DNA of 64,000 nt from Epithemia pelagica. Taxonomy: Eukaryota > Protista > Bacillariophyta. This document shows, piece after piece, positions 59,977 through 64,000 of this stretch (position 1 is its first letter; each line of letters opens with the position of its first letter). The position numbers were made by a program, and so were the translations under genes. Under the pieces are notes generated by a model, which did no database searches, was not told the origin of the DNA, and saw only the letters and a list, made by a program, of their open reading frames with translations. Where the stretch lies: the NCBI GenBank assembly GCA_946965045.2, contig OX337236.1, positions 558,001 through 622,000 on the forward strand, in the 5' to 3' direction.

Positions 59977-60397
59977 GCTTGATGGGATGAAGATCTCTGG
60001 CAGTTGCTTCGAATGGAGAAAGTTGAAGAGTAGTGGCGGCTCTGTTTTTGATCCGACGAATATCAAAATTGTGGGACAGACTTGTCTTTTCGAAAAGACA
60101 AGAGACGAAAAAGTGGTTCCAAGCGAATGTATGTCCGAAACCGAACCAGGGTAAGATAGCCCGTTTGATTCGTATTGGTCCATCTTGCCGAACACACCGA
60201 GACATTATGATATTTTAATATGACCGAATGTCCCGAACACCGGGTCATTCTTGACGTTGGGCATCTCGTATTTATAGTCCATCTATCGAAATCAGATATC
60301 AGCATTGGCTTTGAAATGGACCCGAGTCTTGCGAATGATACTCCCTGCACGATTTCTTCACACCTGGCATTCCTCCTTCCTCCTTTCGCACCTTTAG

Positions 60398-61355
60398 GCG
60401 CAGTTTCACGGGTGACGAAAATCGAGGCAAAAATCAACTTTCGACTTTCGATGTGGGGTGTGTTCTCAACATCGATTGTCAAATTTGGGGCACCCTTTTC
60501 ACGGCAAACAGCGAGTTTCAACTTTCCACTTTCGACTTCGACTCCAACAACAACAGACATACAAGAGTCAAACCAAGCCATGAAGTCCAGAACCGTATGA
60601 GAAATCCATCATATTCTAATGTACGAGCTTGGGCCATTGGTTCGACGCTACTACCAGACGCCCCCTGATGCTTTCTGGCAGTTACCTGGAGGATAGAAGT
60701 AGAGCTGTGACTGGAAACACAAATCTAGAGATGTAGGAAAACGAATACGAGTGCTGTAGTGGACTTGTTTGGGTGACACACAATGGGCAGGGTTCCTTCC
60801 GGACCACTTGGAACATCTACTAGTAGCGGTAGTTGTACAAAGCAAGTGCGTGCCAATGAAAGAACATGATCTAAGTAGTATGTATGGGCGGAAGGACTGA
60901 TACAAAGGTGGTGCTTGCAACACTATGAAACAAATTTAGGAACGTAGACCACGAGCGATTTGTCTCGTTAGGACTGTTGCTGAAACACAATGGGTTGTGC
61001 ACTGTAGGTGTATAGAGGAGACGGGACGTGCTTGTTGTTGCGGTTGGTCTTTTTCTTGGTGTTGCGACGGGGAACCTTGTTGCTGGTAGGTTCGTTGCTG
61101 GACGCACACGGTTCCAAGAGGAATCCATCCAACAATAGAAAAAAGGCGTGGTTTTCGCTGATCAGGAGCTCGGACCACAAACCTCGAAAGTTGAATGTTG
61201 ATTTTCGTAGTGGCCCACTTTTTCAAAAAAGTGGGCCACTGCCAAGATCCGCATTCAATTTTCGAGGTTGCTCATAACCTATTCATAACCTGTTGGCCCA
61301 ACATGGAAAGTCGAAAGTTGATATGCCTCGATTTTCGTCACCCGTGAAACTGCGC
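60398..61355. mobile_element. MITE-like TIR element (about 960 bp)
   Basis: Perfect 32-bp IR GCGCAGTTTCACGGGTGACGAAAATCGAGGCA (60398-60429 and 61324-61355), extended imperfectly to about 60 bp. Subterminal AACTTTCGAC-like repeats. No clean TSD. Confidence 0.65.
61209..61240. repeat. Perfect 15-bp-stem palindrome inside the MITE-like element
   Basis: AGTGGCCCACTTTTT-CA-AAAAAGTGGGCCACT. Confidence 0.85.
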
Positions 61356-61620
61356 ATTTTACTCGTACTCCTCTCTTCCTCCGACTACTACCTTTGTCAT
61401 TCTACGAGTACTCGTACTGGGACGAAAATTGTTACCGATGGCCAGTTGCACGTGTAGCCGAATAAGTATTAAGAGCTCTACTTCCAGCGGGCCATATCAA
61501 CAAGAAAAATACTTATTATGGTTCCTGATAGTAACTAGAAAGTTAACGTTTATTCTGCCACCTTAACGGACTTACTGTTATGAAGAATAATTAATTTTGG
61601 TCTTGTAAAACTTACTTAAG

Positions 61621-61817
61621 ATGTTTCCAGTCGTGATACTAGTTGTTTCCGTTGCTTCCGTTGTTTCCAGTCGTGATACCAGTTGTTTCCGTTGCTTCCA
61701 GTTGTTTCCAGTCGTGTTTCCGTTGTTTCCACGCTGTTTCCTTTGTTTCCACGCTGTTTCCGTTGTTTCCAGTCGTGTGCCCGTTGTTTCCAGTCGTGTG
61801 CCCGTTGTTTCCGGTCG
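61621..61817. repeat. Minisatellite array 1 of TGTTTCC / TGTTTCCAGTCGTG units
   Basis: Many near-tandem GTTGTTTCC and TTTCCAGTCGTG units. Confidence 0.9.
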
Positions 61818-62413
61818 CCGTTCGCATGAGACTCCCAGCCCAACGAGATTCAGGACTCCACTCATTTTCCTATAGTAAACAGTATTCGTAAAACCAACCA
61901 AGGCTCACCACTCACTCGATTGTGACGAGACGCTAGCACAACAATCAACCCGCCTCCTCTTTGCATACGAACAGCTACTAATAGAGAGCATCAACCTAGT
62001 TGTACATGCACGTATGTGTCGTAGGCCATAGCTATCGTTTCCGCCGTCATTCATCTGTCTTCATCCATCCTCGTTCGCCATCCTCTCTTTTGCCTGCATC
62101 GATCCATTTGTCTTTGTCTTTCTTGATTGTCACCATGTCTACCAAGAGACTCAAGATTCCATGGATGGTTGCGATGGCGGCTGAGTTGATTGTTGCGTTT
62201 GATGTTTGATTGTTTTGTTTTGTTTTGTTTTGACGAAGAGCTGTTTGTTGCGTTCGCACGCCATTGTCGTTGATTGTTTTGTGTTCGATGTTGAATGTTG
62301 AATGCTCGTCAACGTCCAAGGATCATTCCACCAAAGCCCCCTACCGTGAGGATCCGAGTGCTTTTCAGCCAGAAAGTTCAGGATCTTTCTTGGGATCTTT
62401 CTTCGTGTATCCA

Positions 62414-62600
62414 ATGTTTCCAGTCGTGTATCCGTTGTTTCCAAGATGTTCCCAGAGTCTCCAGTCGTGTGTCCGATGTCTCCATGTTGTTTCCATTTGA
62501 TTCCACTTGTTTCCATTGTTTCCAGTCGTGTTCCCACTTGTTTCCGATGTTTCCAGTCACGCTTCCAGTTTTGGCGATATGTTTCCACTCGTGTTTCTAG
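62414..62600. repeat. Minisatellite array 2 of the same family, same orientation, more degenerate
   Basis: Repeated TGTTTCC(A) and CCAGTCGTG units. Confidence 0.85.
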
Positions 62601-63493
62601 AAAAGTCATTAAATATATTGTTTACCCCTGTGTCGTAGAGGACTCTAATTCATGTCATGGCAATAAATAATAGAGTGTGTGTGCTTCGCATCTTCAGAAA
62701 CATATCATCACCACTTATTGGGAAAACTCAATGCTTATAGATCCTTATCCTTTTAATAGGAAACAGTCATTTTGGCCACTGGGAACAATATTCGTAGGTG
62801 TCCCACTACTTGGCACTACTACTCGTAGTACTCGTACTCGTAGAGACCCAGCGATGCCGTTTGTCATTGGGTTCGCTTCGTTTTCTGGAAAGACACTAAA
62901 GCTGACAGAACACATTGACGCACAGTGCAAGATGCCAGCAATCCCAGAAACGCAGGCCAGCCCTTTGTGTTCTTGGGGGGCTTGATCCTGCACCCAGGGG
63001 TGGAAAGGCTCGGACCCCCAGTGTTGGAGGGGTAAAGCCCACAGGTCTTGTCATTTTTTGTCAATGTCATTTTTTTGTCTTGCGTGTTGTTCTTTCGCCG
63101 TTCCGTGTTGCAAAAAGGAAGTGGTTCTCGATTCTCGAGAACCGAGAAATACGGGGTGGCGGTTTGTATCGATCGTGGGACTCCTGACTCGATTCGCAGA
63201 GACAGCTCGCAATTCGCATCAGTCGAAAGTCCATTGCTCAAGCGTCATGGAAATCATGGGGTCCAAACGAGATCCCTGAGTTCGTCATTGTTCATTTCGG
63301 AGTCAGGGAAGTTGTCGAAGCGATCAGCGGACATTCTACATTGTCTTCACGTAGCAAGCAGAAAGACACAAGACACGTGTTCCATGCACTGTGCACGATT
63401 ACAACATCATCAGTTTTTGGTTTTTGATCTCTTCCCTTCCCTCACAAAAACCAAAAAGTAAATCTTTAAAAGCAACGACACCACAACAAAACT

Positions 63494-64000
63494 ATGGCCA
63501 TCCAGAAACAAAGTCAACAACAACAGTCTCAACAACAACAAGAGTTGGAGGCTACTCAACCCACCACAACATCGGCTGTCAAGACAAGCTACAAAATCCA
63601 GTTATTCGATGCCAAACACTACGATAATGTCGAACACCAATGGGATAACAAACCCTTTGTCGTCGACAAGATGAGATCCTTCTTTGGGGCCGTCCGAGAA
63701 GAACGCATGGATAAAGTCATCAAGGCCAAGCGATCCAAAATTGCCAAACAAGGATTGTGGGATCCCGAAGGATTGGTCTTGACCGATGTCAGCAAACCTT
63801 TCAAAAGTAAGCTCTTGTTCAGCATCAACCAAGACTATTTTAACGAGTCGAAAATGGACCTTGAGCTCCCCGAAGACTTGCAAATCCAATTCATGTCTGG
63901 AATTTGGTTGTCCAAGGTGTATGTGGGTGAATATGGTCAGTTCTTGAACTGGGTGGACGATGCCATTGCTTATGTCAAGGACCGATACAACCGCAAGGTG
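63494..64000 (+). CDS. Paralog 2 of the 56222-56830 protein; runs off the window end
   Basis: Open frame from ATG 63494 to the window end (169 codons). By my count it has 7 amino-acid and more than 20 synonymous differences from paralog 1. Confidence 0.85.
   Translation, partial: MAIQKQSQQQQSQQQQELEATQPTTTSAVKTSYKIQLFDAKHYDNVEHQWDNKPFVVDKMRSFFGAVREERMDKVIKAKRSKIAKQGLWDPEGLVLTDVSKPFKSKLLFSINQDYFNESKMDLELPEDLQIQFMSGIWLSKVYVGEYGQFLNWVDDAIAYVKDRYNRKV

Noticed and set aside
61578-62609. ORFs with LETT/WKQ peptide repeats, and a CRISPR-like reading of the arrays
   Set aside because: Several frames are open because the repeat lacks stops. There are no unique spacers of constant length and no cas genes.
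61401-62844. 11-bp inverted match TCTACGAGTAC / GTACTCGTAGA as possible TIRs around the minisatellites
   Set aside because: Both lie in low-complexity TACGAG/TACTCG tracts and have no TSD.

Overview
Gene-dense eukaryotic nuclear DNA, most likely from a pennate diatom. This is an inference from the short GT-AG introns of about 65-125 nt, signal peptides followed by ASAFAP-like F/W motifs, and diatom-type protein families. About 27 protein-coding loci can be supported. Most are housekeeping: VPS36, ALG5, glutathione reductase, CBP/p300, DNAJC9, oligopeptidase B, an amino-acid transporter, a Patched/Dispatched-like RND protein, TPR, MRT4, PUS7 and an HDAC-fold amidohydrolase. Signals the ORF track misses or splits: (1) a selenoprotein H with an in-frame UGA and a well-formed SECIS hairpin; (2) a Crinkler-like NTPase gene broken by one stop codon; (3) a frameshifted MGMT; (4) a plastid-type FetB-FetA ABC fusion; (5) an inverted duplication of the oligopeptidase B promoter and presequence; (6) a 1.1 kb TIR element with a perfect 10-bp target-site duplication, and a second TIR element; (7) two tandem paralogs of a prokaryote-like protein; (8) a candidate 44-aa microprotein. 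No rRNA, tRNA or CRISPR array was found. All family assignments come from motif recognition by eye; no database search was run.
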